Shown piece after piece: positions 61,481-64,000 of a DNA stretch of 64,000 bases. The notes under the pieces are model-generated. The model saw nothing but the letters and a program-made list of their open reading frames with translations. It was not told the origin of the DNA and did not search any database. Position numbers and translations under genes: made by a program. How positions within the stretch are numbered: position 1 is the stretch's first letter; each line of letters begins with the position of its first letter. This DNA comes from the human T2T-CHM13v2.0 reference genome, Homo sapiens, in the NCBI RefSeq assembly GCF_009914755.1, contig NC_060935.1; one strand, 5' to 3'.

Positions 61481-64000
61481 TATCACACAGGGTGAAATTG
61501 CCTTATGGGCTCAAGCCCGTGGATTCAGACCTTACTTCTGGCTGCATCTGCCTTGCTCCAGATGTCGACTATTCCCCTTCCTGCAGGGGAAGTCGCACTT
61601 TTAGCCCAAGAGGGAGGAAATGGCTGCTCCATTGCCACCATCCTGCTCAAGGTTCAGCCCTACTGGTCCCATATTTGTGCCTTGACCTGGGTTACTCTGT
61701 CCCCAACCCCACACAGTGGGCCTCAGTGACTCTCTCAGTCTGTGGGGGAGAAAGTTAACAATTCTGATTCCAAGAGCTTTGGAAAAATCCCACCTCCTCC
61801 AGCAGTCATTATTTATTTATACTTTAATCTTCATGGATTACTCTGAGTTGCTCATAGCTTTCCAGAAAGCTCCGAGTAAGTGGAAGTCGTACATGCACCC
61901 GAAGTAATTAATGCACTTTCTACTAGTGAGAGAAGGTGTAATTCGCAGGAATGTGTGTCAAGACCCACCCTGCTAAATTTATACCCTGTAATTTGCAATG
62001 TTTGTTGGCACTGAATTGGCAGGTTGGTGAGTCTAGCCTACCTGCTTTGCAATTATATCTACTGGCCGGTATTGTAGGATTGAGTAACTGGAGAGACTCA
62101 TCACTTAAGTAAATTAGAACCTGCTTCTGGGACCCATCTGAGATCACCCTCTGGTAGGGAGGCTGGTTAATCATGTTTCCTTTGTGCATACTGGAGAGAA
62201 TCTGATAAAGGTGAGGGAGGGAAGAGGCGAAGGCAGTCCTGAGGCTTGCCTGAGTGTGGAAGGACCGGCGGCTTGGGAAGGCATTTCTTCAGCAGTCCTC
62301 CTCAGCCAGCACTCTGGAAAAGGAAAACACAAAACTGTTAGAACAGAAATGGTCTTATGGTCCATTTTATGAGCTGCATCAGCCCTAATAATCAGCTCTG
62401 GGGGAGACTCGTGTTAGTTTTTAAAACTAGAAGTCACTTTGCAGCCTCTGCAGACCAGTGATTTTAGTACAGTCCTCGTAAATTTTCTTTCTGAGGGGAA
62501 ACTGGCAGGAGAATCCGATAGGCTGCAATGTAAGCTTGTAGTTCAGGTGCTGGGAAGCGGGTGTGAGATGGTTGGATTTTTCCATGGCTATGTTTTTGTG
62601 GCCAGATAAAAGAATTGAGTGAAGATGAAATAAAGTTTAGGCAGACCCAACCCTTGTAGAAATCCCAGACACTCAGTTTACTCCACGTGACCTCTGGTGG
62701 ACTGTTCAGCCTACCTGAGTGGCCTCTTCTCCTTTGTGGAAGGGAGCAAATGAGTCTTTTGATTAAAGTTGTTATAAATATTAGATGCTTGTAAAGGCTC
62801 CGGCACATGGAGAATACCCAATAAATGGTAGTTATCATTAGGGCCATTTTTATGTGAGGAGGGCATATTATTTGTCATTTGTAAAGAACACTTGGGGACG
62901 CAAACCAGGCAGAATGGGTAAACAAATTGGGTAAAATCCTATATTTTTTCAAAAAGCCATTTGAATGTGCACCTGAGGCCTGAAAATGTGGATTAGATAC
63001 AGATTGTGCTTTGATGAGAGTGCAGTTGTACCTCAAGGAAAGCCTCCTCCATCCCAACTCCAGGGTTCATGGAAGACGGTAGCATTCCTATTTGGTGTTG
63101 GGACCTCTTCAAGGCTTGAGAAAATATAAGGAGGAATTTAGAATCTGGGGAGAGGGATCCTTTCTCCCAGGAGTTTGTTGGGGTCAAGAAACGTAACTTT
63201 AAATGCTCCTATTGCAAGATTGGGTTTGTCGATACACAGGCAATTCTTTGGGTGTTCCAGTCCTATGGGGTGAGAAAGAATGAATATATATATTTTTTAT
63301 CTGTCTCTGTATGTGCCTGTGTCAATTCCTAGTAAATATTTATGGGCTGGCAAGTTGCAACTGGGAAAGGCCCATGTTTAACTGGCTAAATATTAATAAG
63401 CATATTCAAGAGAACTGAGGTCTTTGTTTTGTCTTCTTAAGAAATGAATCCGCTCTTATTCACTGTGTATTCACAGGAAACTGTGCTGTTCAGGGAAGAA
63501 GTACTGCCTTGTTTTCCTTGTAGGCTTTCCAGCTTGGATTTCGATTTCCACTGAGGCCTTATTTTTAAAAACATGTTTTTACAGCAGCATTACAACTGTG
63601 GAGATTATAGCAGTCTCCTACAGCTTTGGTTATGAAAATAATATATATCGTCTTTTTATTCCCTTTAATTGACCATTCTCTTACCTTCCTTTGTCTCCAC
63701 ATGGAGACACGGCTAGATATCTCCCTCCTTTGTATTTTTTTCTCTCTTCTCCAACACTCTGAGATCAAGGCCCAAGTAAGTACACACCTTCACTTTTATC
63801 CTGGTTTCCTGGTATCCAGTGAAATGGATTTCATACTGCTGAAATGTCCATCCTTTCCCCAACTCATATCTGTGGCTACTTCTACCTTTCTCTTCCTGGA
63901 ACTTTCCTGAAGAGTTAATTTCCTTATCTTGGCAGTGCTTCCCAGGAAACTCCCTTTTTTGCTCTGAGACAGACCTTTTAATAGTATTAAATCAAATGCT

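Overview
Primate (human-like) genomic DNA with no intact protein-coding exon that I can support. Roughly half of the window is interspersed repeat: many Alus, MIR, L2 and L1 fragments, MaLR/ERV LTRs and hAT/Tigger DNA transposons. The T/G-rich + strand and the antisense bias of the larger insertions suggest an intron of a + strand gene, which I cannot name. The main non-routine features are: (1) a near full-length, disabled processed pseudogene of the oocyte-specific kinase WEE2 (minus strand, ~20.45-23.6 kb) with its 3'UTR, poly(A) remnant, a nested Alu and a splice-acceptor-like site before the ATG; (2) a full-length RPL12 processed pseudogene; (3) a near full-length Tigger1 with a truncated AluY inside; (4) a complete two-LTR THE1D/MSTA-type MaLR provirus; (5) two candidate + strand cassette exons. 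I found no demonstrable new biological system. The best lead is a hypothesis linking the WEE2 retrocopy to oocyte-active LTRs or antisense transcription. Repeat subfamily names come from recalled consensus sequences and need RepeatMasker/Dfam confirmation.
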